DNA of 55,766 nucleotides from a virus (taxonomy: Duplodnaviria; Caudoviricetes), in the IMG/VR virus record IMGVR_UViG_3300046171_000083, positions 1 through 55,766 of that record; one strand, written 5' to 3'. Made by a program: the position numbers and the translations under genes. Positions 1 through 9,458 of the stretch are shown piece after piece (within the stretch, counting starts at the first letter, position 1; each line of letters starts with the position of its first letter). Under the pieces are notes generated by a model. That model made no database searches, was not told the origin of the DNA, and saw only the letters and a list, made by a program, of their open reading frames with translations.

Positions 1-893
1 TTACCCATATCCTGATGCAAGGGACATTTGGTGATCCAAATTGGGGCGACTTAAGTAAAATGTCTTGGTCTGGATCTACTTCAGCGCCTATTTCAGATTA
101 TTACGATATTCAGTCTGCGGATATTGGTAGTCAAATTCCAACTGGCTTTTATTTGCGTGAAGACGGAAATATGCTTTTTACAAATGACTCAAATGAAACT
201 ATTCGACGTTGGGATTTAAGCACATCTTTTAATTTAACCACAGCAAGTTACAATAACTCTCTTGGGGGTTTTACTAGTTATGACAACCAAGGCACAGGAA
301 TTTATTTTAAACCCGATGGTACTAGTGTTTATATGATTGGTAATCAAAACAACAAAATTTATCGCAGGCCGTTATCTTCGGCTTGGACTACTATGGTAAG
401 TTCAGGAAATCCTGATGCAAGCTCCAGTTTAACGAGCACAAATAAACGAGGTCTTTACTTTCGTTCAGATGGTAAAAAGTTTTATTTTACAAGCAATCAA
501 CAAACAAACGCAAATACAACCGTCAATGTAATATACGAGTATACATGTAATACTGCTTGGAGCATTACGGACACCATTACGAGTTCTGGTAGTTTTAATC
601 AAAGTTTTACACACGGTAATGGTGCCTATGAACGTTATGAATCGATAGATTTTAGTACAGATGGAACCAAGGTTTATGTTATTCGCTCTGTTCCTAGTTC
701 ACCAAATATTTTAATGAAATATAATTTAGCAAATGCTTGGGACATAACCTCCGCTCAAACCCCCGCTCAAACCCTCTCAATGCCAACAGCTTTAACTAAT
801 TCTTTGTTTGTTCGTTTAAGAAAAAACGGTACGTCTGCTTTTTTAGTGGATGCTCAAAACAATGGGAATATTTTTAGAATTGGGTACTCATAA
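1..893 (+). CDS. Tail-associated beta-propeller-like protein; true start lies across the circular junction at 55757
   Basis: Repeated blades (FxxDGxxxY ... L/CxxAWDIT/S). The window end (ATGAGTTTTA) joined to the window start reads in frame as MSFITHILMQGT. Confidence 0.7.
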   Translation, partial: THILMQGTFGDPNWGDLSKMSWSGSTSAPISDYYDIQSADIGSQIPTGFYLREDGNMLFTNDSNETIRRWDLSTSFNLTTASYNNSLGGFTSYDNQGTGIYFKPDGTSVYMIGNQNNKIYRRPLSSAWTTMVSSGNPDASSSLTSTNKRGLYFRSDGKKFYFTSNQQTNANTTVNVIYEYTCNTAWSITDTITSSGSFNQSFTHGNGAYERYESIDFSTDGTKVYVIRSVPSSPNILMKYNLANAWDITSAQTPAQTLSMPTALTNSLFVRLRKNGTSAFLVDAQNNGNIFRIGYS

Positions 894-2809
894 TGCCGTT
901 AACCAAATTACAATTTAAACCTGGAGTTAATAAGGAAACCACTTCTTACGCAAATGAGGGAGGTTGGTTTGATGTTGATAAAGTTAGGTTTAGATTTGGT
1001 ATGCCTGAAAAAATAGGCGGATGGGTAAAAAGATCTTCCGATTCTTTTCTTGGAACATGTCGTGCATTACATCCTTGGATGACCTTATCTCTTGATAAAT
1101 TTATAGGCGTTGGCACCAGTTTAAAGTATTATATAGATCAGGGCGGTGGTCTTGTAGACATAACTCCTTTACGGAGAACAACTTCTGCGGGTAGCACAAC
1201 TTTTGCAGCGACTAACGGAGATGCCACAATTACAGTTACAGAAGCTTCTCATGGGGCTGTTGCCAATGATTTTGTAACTTTTAGTGCTGCCGCCTCTTTA
1301 GGCGGAAATATCACTGCTGCTGTATTAAATCAAGAATACCAAGTCGCTACTATAGTTAATGATAATAACTATACTATTGAGGCTCGTGCTGTGGCAAATG
1401 TTGGCGATATTACGGTCAACGGACAATATACTCCAATTCCTGTTTTAGCTAACTCATCTGATACAGGAAATGGTGGTTCCTCTGTAGTAGCTAATTACCA
1501 AGTAAATGTTGGTTTGGACACTACTGTTTTTAGTAATGGTTGGAGCGCGGGTACTTGGGGCCGTCAAGGTTGGGGTCAGGCTGCGGATGTTACTGTACTC
1601 ACTGATACATTGCGTATTTGGTCACACGATAATTTTGGAGAAGATTTATTATTAAATGTTCGTGATGGAGGTGTGTTTTATTGGGATGCATCTGTGGGAC
1701 TTGGAACACGCGCTACAAATTTAACAAATTTAGCGGGGGCAACTTCCACACCAACTATAGTAAAGCAAATCATGGTTTCTGACAGAGATCGTCACATTAT
1801 TGCTTTTGGTTGCGATACAGAAGCCAACCCTGGCGTTCAAGATCCGTTAGCCATAAGATTTTCCTCTCAAGAATCTCTAACACAATGGGCAACTACTTCA
1901 GAAAATACAGCGGGAGAATTGCGGCTAGGTTCAGGCTCAGAGATCATAACAGCCGTAGAAACCCGTCAACAAATTCTAGTATTTACGGACGAATCTCTTT
2001 ATTCTATGCAATTTCTTGGCCCACCATTTACATTTGGTATAAGTTTAATTTCAGAGAACACTACAATAAAAAGTCCTTTATCTTCTATTGCTGTTGCGGA
2101 TAGTGTTTTTTGGATGGGGCAAAATGAGTTTTTTGTTTACGATGGTACAGTCAGAAGGCTTCCATGCACCGTTCGAGGTCATGTCTTTAATGATTTTAAC
2201 AACTCACAATCAGAAAAAGTAGTAGCGGCATTAAATAGTAAACATTCAGAAATTTGGTGGTTTTATCCTTCTGCATCAAGTCAAAACATAGATAAATATG
2301 TTGTTTTTAATTACATAGAAAATGTTTGGTACTATGGTATTCTTGGTCGTACAGCTTGGATAGATCAAGGTATATATGATGATCCGATTGCTGCTTCTTC
2401 AGATGGATATTTATATGAACATGAAACTGGTTTTGATGACGGTTCAACTTCGCCTTCTTCTGCTATAAATGCTTACATAGAATCTAGCCAAATGGATTTA
2501 GGGGATGGTCATAACTTTTCTTTTATTTCAAGATTAATACCTGACATTACATTTATAAACTCAAGTGACCCAACTCCTTCAGCTACTATGACGTTAAAAA
2601 CAAGAAATTTCCCTGGGGGTAATTATCTTCAAACTGTTGATAGTTCTGTTGAGAAGTCTACTTCTGTGCCTGTGGAACAATTTACTACACAAGCACATGT
2701 TAGATTAAGAGGCAGAAGCTTTGCACTAAAAATTTCGTCAAACGAAAAAGGTGTTGCTTGGAGATTAGGTTTCCCCCGTATTGAAATACGTCAAGATGGA
2801 AGAAAATAA
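893..2809 (+). CDS. Tail nozzle / DNA stabilization protein (P22 gp10-like)
   Basis: 638 aa, beta-rich, MPLTKLQFKPG N-terminus, C-terminal RLRGR...WRLG motif. Coupled by TAATG overlap; lies at the end of the tail module. Confidence 0.65.
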   Translation: MPLTKLQFKPGVNKETTSYANEGGWFDVDKVRFRFGMPEKIGGWVKRSSDSFLGTCRALHPWMTLSLDKFIGVGTSLKYYIDQGGGLVDITPLRRTTSAGSTTFAATNGDATITVTEASHGAVANDFVTFSAAASLGGNITAAVLNQEYQVATIVNDNNYTIEARAVANVGDITVNGQYTPIPVLANSSDTGNGGSSVVANYQVNVGLDTTVFSNGWSAGTWGRQGWGQAADVTVLTDTLRIWSHDNFGEDLLLNVRDGGVFYWDASVGLGTRATNLTNLAGATSTPTIVKQIMVSDRDRHIIAFGCDTEANPGVQDPLAIRFSSQESLTQWATTSENTAGELRLGSGSEIITAVETRQQILVFTDESLYSMQFLGPPFTFGISLISENTTIKSPLSSIAVADSVFWMGQNEFFVYDGTVRRLPCTVRGHVFNDFNNSQSEKVVAALNSKHSEIWWFYPSASSQNIDKYVVFNYIENVWYYGILGRTAWIDQGIYDDPIAASSDGYLYEHETGFDDGSTSPSSAINAYIESSQMDLGDGHNFSFISRLIPDITFINSSDPTPSATMTLKTRNFPGGNYLQTVDSSVEKSTSVPVEQFTTQAHVRLRGRSFALKISSNEKGVAWRLGFPRIEIRQDGRK

Positions 2810-3105
2810 TGTCACGAATTACAAACGTACCATATTTTCCTATTCCACCAAAAGGATATGAACAGCAATATTTTGCTGAATTAGTACGTTCATTTTCTGT
2901 TTTTTTGGCGCAACAACAGAATCCAGGTGAAGGCAGAAACACAAGTTTAGTTTTAACTAATCTACCACAAGATGATTTTGGTCTTGAGATTGGGACTTTG
3001 TTTCAGCATGATGGTTTTGTTAAAATAACCTTAACAAATTCATCGTATGTGCGAGGTTCTGAAGCTGTAGGATCAATAGGAACAGTGACGGTGACAACAA
3101 CATGA
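2809..3105 (+). CDS. Small virion structural protein
   Basis: 98 aa ORF, TAATG-coupled to the previous gene. Confidence 0.6.
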   Translation: MSRITNVPYFPIPPKGYEQQYFAELVRSFSVFLAQQQNPGEGRNTSLVLTNLPQDDFGLEIGTLFQHDGFVKITLTNSSYVRGSEAVGSIGTVTVTTT

Positions 3106-3136
3106 TTTTCTTATATATGGAACATGAGGCTCTTTA

Positions 3137-3553
3137 GTGGACCCCGTATCTTGCGTTATGATGGCAACTGGCGCTTTCAAGGGATTGAAGGCTGCTATTG
3201 GTGCAGGTAAAGACCTACAAGATATGACGGGTCAGCTTGCCAATTGGGGCAAGGCGTTCAGTGATTTCACCAACCTTGAAGAGCGAGAAAAAAACCCACC
3301 TTTCTGGAAAAAAACATTTCGAGGTTCGGATGAAGAAACTGCTTTAGAAATCTTTGCTAATAAAAAAAAGATGGAACAAATGCGACAAGAAATAAAAGAT
3401 CATATTTCTTGGAACTATGGGCCTGCTGCTTGGAAAGAAGTCTTAGCTATTGAAGCACAAATGCGTAAACGTAGAAAAGATGAATTATATAAAAAACAGG
3501 AGCAGATGGATGCTGTGATTAACTTTTCGATTGGTGCTTTTATCTTTGTATAA
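3137..3553 (+). CDS. Hypothetical protein with C-terminal membrane anchor (probably extends to 3611 through a frameshift)
   Basis: GTG start with GAGG upstream. The hydrophobic tail is cut at TAA 3551-3553 but continues in another frame to TAG 3609-3611. Confidence 0.55.
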   Translation: MDPVSCVMMATGAFKGLKAAIGAGKDLQDMTGQLANWGKAFSDFTNLEEREKNPPFWKKTFRGSDEETALEIFANKKKMEQMRQEIKDHISWNYGPAAWKEVLAIEAQMRKRRKDELYKKQEQMDAVINFSIGAFIFV

Positions 3554-3889
3554 GTGGTGGCTTATTGTTTATTGCTTTTTATTTTTTGGTAGATGGCAGG
3601 GTAGGTGGTAGATGTGGGTTTTACTTTGGGTTCAATTAGCAACAGCGAGCTACGGTACTTTGAACATTATCATGTTGGAAGTCATCTCAAACAAGAAGGT
3701 GTGCGAATTAGCAAAAGAAGAGGCTAAAGTTCTTGTAACAAGCGATAAAATCAAAAGTTGTGTGTATTAAAATAGAACTGTGATTGTAGTTGAGCGGCGC
3801 GGAAAATACATAATATATGACAAATCTGGGAAAGTTGTTATAATCACACGGGAAAAAAGAATAGCAATTGCGTATGCGAGGTCAAAGAA

Positions 3890-4236
3890 ATGACAGAGTT
3901 TGATAAAGCAGATACCAATAACAACGGTGTTATAGAAAATGCAGAGTGGAATAAAATGGCTTTGGAAGATCGCGATTAGAGATGATTGATCGTGATCTCA
4001 AGCGCAATGCAGAACGTAGATTTACTGGTTTTGCTTTGATGGGAATGTTGATTTACCCGTTTATAATATTGCTTGCTTCTGTCCTTGGATTTGACAAAGC
4101 GGCAAGTTTAATTACAGATATTGCTAGTGTGTATGTTATAGCGGCTTCTGGAGTAGTCGCAGCTTTTATGGGATTCAATGCTTATAGCGCAAAAGCTGAG
4201 AGCAAGAAGACCAGTATACAGATGGAGGATAGTTAA
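3890..4236 (+). CDS. Membrane protein (2 TM) with N-terminal EF-hand-like loop; frameshifted near 3975
   Basis: ATG 3890 gives MTEFDKADTNNNGVIENAEW, then continues as the ORF at 3982-4236 with two hydrophobic segments. Lies in the lysis cluster. Confidence 0.5.
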
Positions 4237-4616
4237 TGTTACAGTCTATAATTGGGCCAATAGCAGGTTTAGCGGGTAGTTGGCTTGATGCAAAGTCACA
4301 AGCACAAGCTGCTAGTGCAAAGTTAAAACTTACAGAGGCAGAAGCCAAAGCTAAGATAATGCTCAGTAAAGAAACAAGTGTTGCCGATTGGGAACGCATT
4401 ATGGCTCAAGGCTCTCAGTCGAGTTGGAAAGACGAATGGTTTGTAATTGTCCTGTCAATCCCACTTGTTTTGGCGTTCGTTCCAGGCACTGAGGGTTGGG
4501 TAGATAGTGGTTTTGAACAGCTTTCCAAAGCACCTGATTGGTATTTTTATAGCTTGGGTATAGCAATCTCTGCATCGTTTGGTGTCAGAGGCGTACAGAA
4601 ATTCTTTAAGAGGTAG
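4236..4616 (+). CDS. Putative holin-like membrane protein
   Basis: 126 aa, coiled coil plus two TM segments (SWKDEW motif), basic C-terminus, upstream of the endolysin. Confidence 0.55.
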   Translation: MLQSIIGPIAGLAGSWLDAKSQAQAASAKLKLTEAEAKAKIMLSKETSVADWERIMAQGSQSSWKDEWFVIVLSIPLVLAFVPGTEGWVDSGFEQLSKAPDWYFYSLGIAISASFGVRGVQKFFKR

Positions 4617-4618
4617 TT

Positions 4619-4822
4619 ATGAAATACATGAAAGATATTGTAGTATTAGTGCTTGCCGTAGGACTCATGGGTATACTTGGTTTAATTGTTTATGATGAGT
4701 TTAAAATGGCGAATGAGCATGGCGGAGAGCTTGATGAAAACATTATAGGTTTATTGCAAATGTCGATGACGGGTGTGATCGGAGTTGTTGGTGGCTATAT
4801 CGGTGGCAAGTCTAATGGCTGA
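4619..4822 (+). CDS. Small 2-TM membrane protein
   Basis: 67 aa, two hydrophobic stretches, GAGG RBS. Confidence 0.55.
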   Translation: MKYMKDIVVLVLAVGLMGILGLIVYDEFKMANEHGGELDENIIGLLQMSMTGVIGVVGGYIGGKSNG

Positions 4823-5084
4823 TATGAAAATACCTGTTGCTCTAGTCTTTGCTATGGCTGTGCAATTAGTTGGCTTAGTGTGGTACATAAGCAACATCGT
4901 CCATGACATTGAACATCTTCAAGGTCAGGTATCAGCGCAACAAGATATTATTGATTTGTTGAATGATGATGTTAATGACCTTTGGGTATTCTGTACTTTT
5001 ACAGAGAACAAATGGGCAGAAGCCTACATAGACGATATGGTGTATGAACGTGTTTGTGGAACAAAAGAGGTTGTAAATGAGTGA
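4815..5084 (+). CDS. Membrane-anchored coiled-coil protein (possible spanin-like)
   Basis: ATG 4815 (MADMKIPVAL), N-terminal TM followed by heptads and two Cys. Confidence 0.45.
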   Translation: MADMKIPVALVFAMAVQLVGLVWYISNIVHDIEHLQGQVSAQQDIIDLLNDDVNDLWVFCTFTENKWAEAYIDDMVYERVCGTKEVVNE

Positions 5085-5685
5085 AGCATTAAAAACATTA
5101 CAGGAAAAGATAGGATCTTCACCTGACGGTGCGTTTGGTCCTAACACCGCAAAAAAGATTTGCGACCATTATGCTTTGAATCCAGAGCGTGGAGCGCACT
5201 TCTTAGGACAGCTTGTACACGAGAGTGGCACGTTTCGTTATACACAAGAAAACCTAAACTATAGCAAAGAGTCTATACTGGCAGTATTTGGTAAGTATTT
5301 TAAGTCAGAAAGCGATGCCGAAAGCTGTGCTCGAAACCCACAAGCTCTAGCTGACCGTGTGTACGGTGACAGGATGGGCAATGATGGACAGGGCTATCTG
5401 TGGCGTGGTCGAGGATTTTTACAATGCACGGGCAAAAATAACTATTCTCAGTTTGCGGCTGATATGAATTTGTCTGAAGTAATGGAAGATCCTGACTTAG
5501 TAGCCACTAAATTTCCTATGGAATCAGCCATCTGGTTCTTTAAAAGAAACAAATTGTGGGATATTTGTGATGAAGGTGTTAATGATGATACGATTAAACG
5601 TCTTACTAAACGTATCAACGGTGGTTATAACGGATTAAAGCACAGAAAAGAAGAAACTAAGAAGATTTATGAGTGGCTAAGATAA
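5077..5685 (+). CDS. Endolysin, glycoside hydrolase family 19, with short N-terminal peptidoglycan-binding segment
   Basis: Motifs FLGQLVHES, RGRGFLQCTGKNNY and INGGYNGL; N-terminal LQEKIG..PDGAFGPNT. Confidence 0.9.
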   Translation: MSEALKTLQEKIGSSPDGAFGPNTAKKICDHYALNPERGAHFLGQLVHESGTFRYTQENLNYSKESILAVFGKYFKSESDAESCARNPQALADRVYGDRMGNDGQGYLWRGRGFLQCTGKNNYSQFAADMNLSEVMEDPDLVATKFPMESAIWFFKRNKLWDICDEGVNDDTIKRLTKRINGGYNGLKHRKEETKKIYEWLR

Positions 5686-5756
5686 ATTAAGAGTGGCACT
5701 TTGAAATTGGAAATAGTATGCTAAAAATATATAAACTGCTTTGGATGTTTTAAAAT

Positions 5757-6521
5757 ATGTCTTTTTTTGCAAATTTATTAGGTAATTACATTACTGGTAG
5801 ACTTCTTGGAGGCAAAAAAGGCGGTAACATTGCTGCTCTTGGAACGGCGGGTTCTGCACTTTTTCAACAAGGGCTTGGTTCAGACGGTTTTAGTTTAGAA
5901 AGTTTGTTTGGTGGTGGGAAACAATCAGACCCTGTTACAAAAGCTGTTACTAATATGGTTGATCCAATTGTGCAAAAAGGGTCATCTGGACTTGCTAGTG
6001 CGGATGCTACCGCAAAAGCCGTTCAAGCCTCTAATGTTGCTAGAGATATAGCGCCTGTCTTTACTCAAGGCGAAGGAACACTTGGTTTTGCTAAAGCTTT
6101 AGTGGATAGTGGTATTATGAGTGAAGGTAAAGTAGCAGATTTTTTAAACACCAAAGCGGGAGAGGGTTTACTTAGCGGTCTTGGGGCTGAAGTATTGTCT
6201 ATGTTCAATAAAGACGATGAAGGATCAACGCCAGTAAGCAGACCATTTGGTGGTGAAGGAGATGTTAGAATTAATATCCCGAACAAATATGCGGCAGGGT
6301 GGTTATATAGATGATCAATATTTTCCAAGGCGTAACGGTGGTATCATGCCATCTGAGGGTTCAGGTCAAAAAGATGACGTTCCTGCTATGCTTATGGCAG
6401 GTGAATTTGTATTAACGAAAGACGCTGTAAAAGGTCTCGGTAACGGCGATTCAAATCGCGGCATTGAAAAAGCTTATTCAATGATGAACAAGTTAGAGAT
6501 AAGGCGGATAATTATGTCTAA
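5757..6521 (+). CDS. Putative internal virion protein (frameshifted near 6297 and about 6500)
   Basis: Gly/Ala-rich ORF 5757-6314 joins the next frame as KYAAGGYIDD...GSGQKDDVPAMLMAGEFVLTKDAV if one G is removed at GCAGGGTGG. Confidence 0.55.
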
Positions 6522-7689
6522 TGCAGATGAAATAGTAAGTAGACAGGTACAAGAGCAACGCCGCCCAGAATATATTGAACGTTTAGAAAAAGCTTTGCTT
6601 GGCGGTATATTCGGAACAGAGGCACAGAAAGATATTTATGATCCAGACGATCCAGAAAAGCTTCTTTACAAAAAGGGAACTATGTATGGTGGTCTTCTTC
6701 AAGACCCTAACAAGTTTAATGTTGCACCTTACCTACTAGCAGGTCAAACTGGTCGTGATGCGGAAACAGGAGCGATTACAGGTCTTGGTTTAGAAACGTT
6801 TGCTTCTCAAGCTTTAATGCAAGACGCAAATAATGATGGCGTTCCAGATTTTCTTGGCAGGTATCAGCCTTATTTTGAAACAGCGGGAGGAGCCGCTACT
6901 GGAGGGATAGAATCTTTTAGTCGTGGTCTTGGATCTTTAGGAGAAGCAAAAACACTTTTCGGTCCTGCGGCACAGTATGTTTCTGGCGGTAGAGGAATGT
7001 ATGATCCCAATGATTATGTAGAATCTTACATGAATCCATATACTGAAAATGTTATAGACTCAGTTGAAAAAGACATTGAAAGAACTGGAGATGTAGCTCG
7101 GAAAAGGGCTGCGGCTCAAGCTGTAGGATCAGGAGCTTTTGGTGGTTCAAGACAGGGAATACAATCAGCAGAAATTGAACGTAATATTCAAGATGCCAAA
7201 ACAAAAGCTTCATCAGATCTTCGTGCTAGAAATTACGATCAAGCGTTAAAGGCTTCACAAGATGCGTATCAACAGGGAGCAACTAGAGAATTAGAAGCAG
7301 GAAGGTTAATGGGTGGCTTGGGTCAATCATTAGGACAAATTGGTTCACAATATGGCAATATAGGTGGTCAGTATGGAACTTTAGCAGGCACAACCGCAGA
7401 TATTGGTCGTGTGTACTCAGCATTACAGCCTGCGGATCTTGCGTTTATGACAGGTGTGGGTGAAGCAGAACGTGGTTATCGTCAGAAAATGATAGATACA
7501 GCAAGACAAGAATATCAACGTCCAACAGAGCAGGCGTTGCTACCATATCAGTTTGCTTACGGTGCGCTTACAGGTACACCTTCAGCGGGAATTTACTCAC
7601 AAACTCAAGCAAGTTATGCGCCTCCTGCTAACCCATTCCTCTCTGGTCTTGGGGCTTACACAACGCTTCAGGGCATTAACCAACAATAA
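6514..7689 (+). CDS. Putative ejection / DNA transfer protein
   Basis: ATG 6514 is in frame with the long ORF. YMNPY and GAFGGSR motifs, Gln/Gly/Ala-rich helical composition. Confidence 0.65.
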   Translation: MSNADEIVSRQVQEQRRPEYIERLEKALLGGIFGTEAQKDIYDPDDPEKLLYKKGTMYGGLLQDPNKFNVAPYLLAGQTGRDAETGAITGLGLETFASQALMQDANNDGVPDFLGRYQPYFETAGGAATGGIESFSRGLGSLGEAKTLFGPAAQYVSGGRGMYDPNDYVESYMNPYTENVIDSVEKDIERTGDVARKRAAAQAVGSGAFGGSRQGIQSAEIERNIQDAKTKASSDLRARNYDQALKASQDAYQQGATRELEAGRLMGGLGQSLGQIGSQYGNIGGQYGTLAGTTADIGRVYSALQPADLAFMTGVGEAERGYRQKMIDTARQEYQRPTEQALLPYQFAYGALTGTPSAGIYSQTQASYAPPANPFLSGLGAYTTLQGINQQ

Positions 7690-7700
7690 GAGGGCATAAG

Positions 7701-9458
7701 ATGGCTAAACCTACATTTTCACTCGATCCTTTTAACACAGAATTAATGAAGCGTGGTGTGGGTGGTGTTCCTATGACTAGGAAGGAAGCAGAAATTGCTA
7801 AAAGTGGATTTGTTAAAAAAGATAATCCTGCCACTTTAGCAGATAATTTACAAAGAGGTTTAAACAGTTTTATTCAAACAATAAACGCAGGTGGTCTTAG
7901 TCAACAAAACCAACCGTATAAAGTAGGTGACTCACCATTATCTAAACAATCATCTGTTGATATAGAACAAGAGAATATTTTTGCGCCAAGACCAGAGATA
8001 GATATACAGCCTAGAGTAAACTTTGATGAAATTGCAAAAACCGCAATAAAAGAAAAAAAACAAAATCAACAAGACTTCAGAGATAAAGAAGCTGCTCTCG
8101 TAGAGATGCAGGGTGGATTAAAGTCACAGCCAGTTGTAGGTCAAGGACAAGATAATAATCCAAATGCAACGGGTGTAGAGGAAAAAGATCCTGAAGTTCG
8201 TGCATTTATGGCAGGAATGGATGAGTTTATAAATTCTGCTAGGGGTGCCGCTCCAGATGCTCCATCTGTGAAAAGTATTGAAGATTATAAAAAAGTTTTT
8301 GCAGAAGCTACAGGTTTAGACATTAGCGGTAAACCAGACAAAAGTTCGGCTTTGATGTCTCTTGGTCTTGCGCTTATGCAAAATCGAGCGGGAAGTGGTT
8401 TTAACGTAGGAAATATATTAAGAGCAGTTGGTCAGGCGGGTGAAGTTGCTCTTCCTAAACTTGAAGCAGCTAAGAAAGAAGCTAAGGCAACAGCAGCGTC
8501 TGCGGGTAAATTTGCTTTAGAAATGAGATCTTCGGATCAAGCTAAAGCTACTGTGGCAAAAGAAAAAGCCATGCAACGTGATGATTATTTTATTATTCCA
8601 AAAGTTGGTGGTGGTGTTTCTGGAGATATAGCAGGTATTTTGAGCAATAAAGGTCGTTTGGAAAAATTAAATAAGTATGAATTAGATAGACTCGTTAATA
8701 ACTCAGAGTTTTCTGATAAATTTACTATTTTACCTGGAGCTACTTATGCAACTGTTGTTGAAGAGGCAATGAAAACAGAAGAAGCTAAAGACATGTATCT
8801 CACAAAAAATCCAATAAGTTTTAACTTATTAGGTGAAGGAGATGACAAAGGGGCAGATGTTTTCAACATTCGCTTATATGATGCTGATCCAAATAAAAAT
8901 CCTAGCGGCAAGCCGATGTTTGGGGGTGGAGATGGCAGTATGCAGTATAGAGCTTTAGGGTTAGCTGCTCGTGATCTTGAGAAAGCTAAACAAAAGTTTT
9001 TAGATGCTATGCCATTAGTTGAAGGTACAAACATATTTAGATTTAGTGTTGATAAAATAGATGCGGCTGCTTCTGCATTTGGAGTTAATTTTAGAGAAGG
9101 TGCAACTCCTAGTCAAAAATTAAAATTATTTTTAACTAAACTATCAGCACAAAATGCTAAAGAAATCTTAGGAGAAGCGGGAAAAACTATTTCGGACGCA
9201 GACCGCGCTCTTGTTAAATCTATTATTGGAGATTTAAATGCTGGATCAACTCCAGATGAGTTGCAAGTAAAGTTAGATGGTCTTTTTAATGATATCATTA
9301 TTAATAAACAACAAAAAATAACAGACGCAATTTCAACATTAGATTATTACACAGGTAGAAATGTTTCTTCCTTACTTAGTGGCGGCTCTATGTCTGAAGA
9401 AGATGAAAAAGAAAGAATAGAAGGCCTTAAAAAATTAGGAATAAACCCTGATGAATAA
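7701..9458 (+). CDS. Putative ejection protein
   Basis: 585 aa helical ORF, GAGG RBS, in the ejection-protein position. Confidence 0.6.
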   Translation: MAKPTFSLDPFNTELMKRGVGGVPMTRKEAEIAKSGFVKKDNPATLADNLQRGLNSFIQTINAGGLSQQNQPYKVGDSPLSKQSSVDIEQENIFAPRPEIDIQPRVNFDEIAKTAIKEKKQNQQDFRDKEAALVEMQGGLKSQPVVGQGQDNNPNATGVEEKDPEVRAFMAGMDEFINSARGAAPDAPSVKSIEDYKKVFAEATGLDISGKPDKSSALMSLGLALMQNRAGSGFNVGNILRAVGQAGEVALPKLEAAKKEAKATAASAGKFALEMRSSDQAKATVAKEKAMQRDDYFIIPKVGGGVSGDIAGILSNKGRLEKLNKYELDRLVNNSEFSDKFTILPGATYATVVEEAMKTEEAKDMYLTKNPISFNLLGEGDDKGADVFNIRLYDADPNKNPSGKPMFGGGDGSMQYRALGLAARDLEKAKQKFLDAMPLVEGTNIFRFSVDKIDAAASAFGVNFREGATPSQKLKLFLTKLSAQNAKEILGEAGKTISDADRALVKSIIGDLNAGSTPDELQVKLDGLFNDIIINKQQKITDAISTLDYYTGRNVSSLLSGGSMSEEDEKERIEGLKKLGINPDE

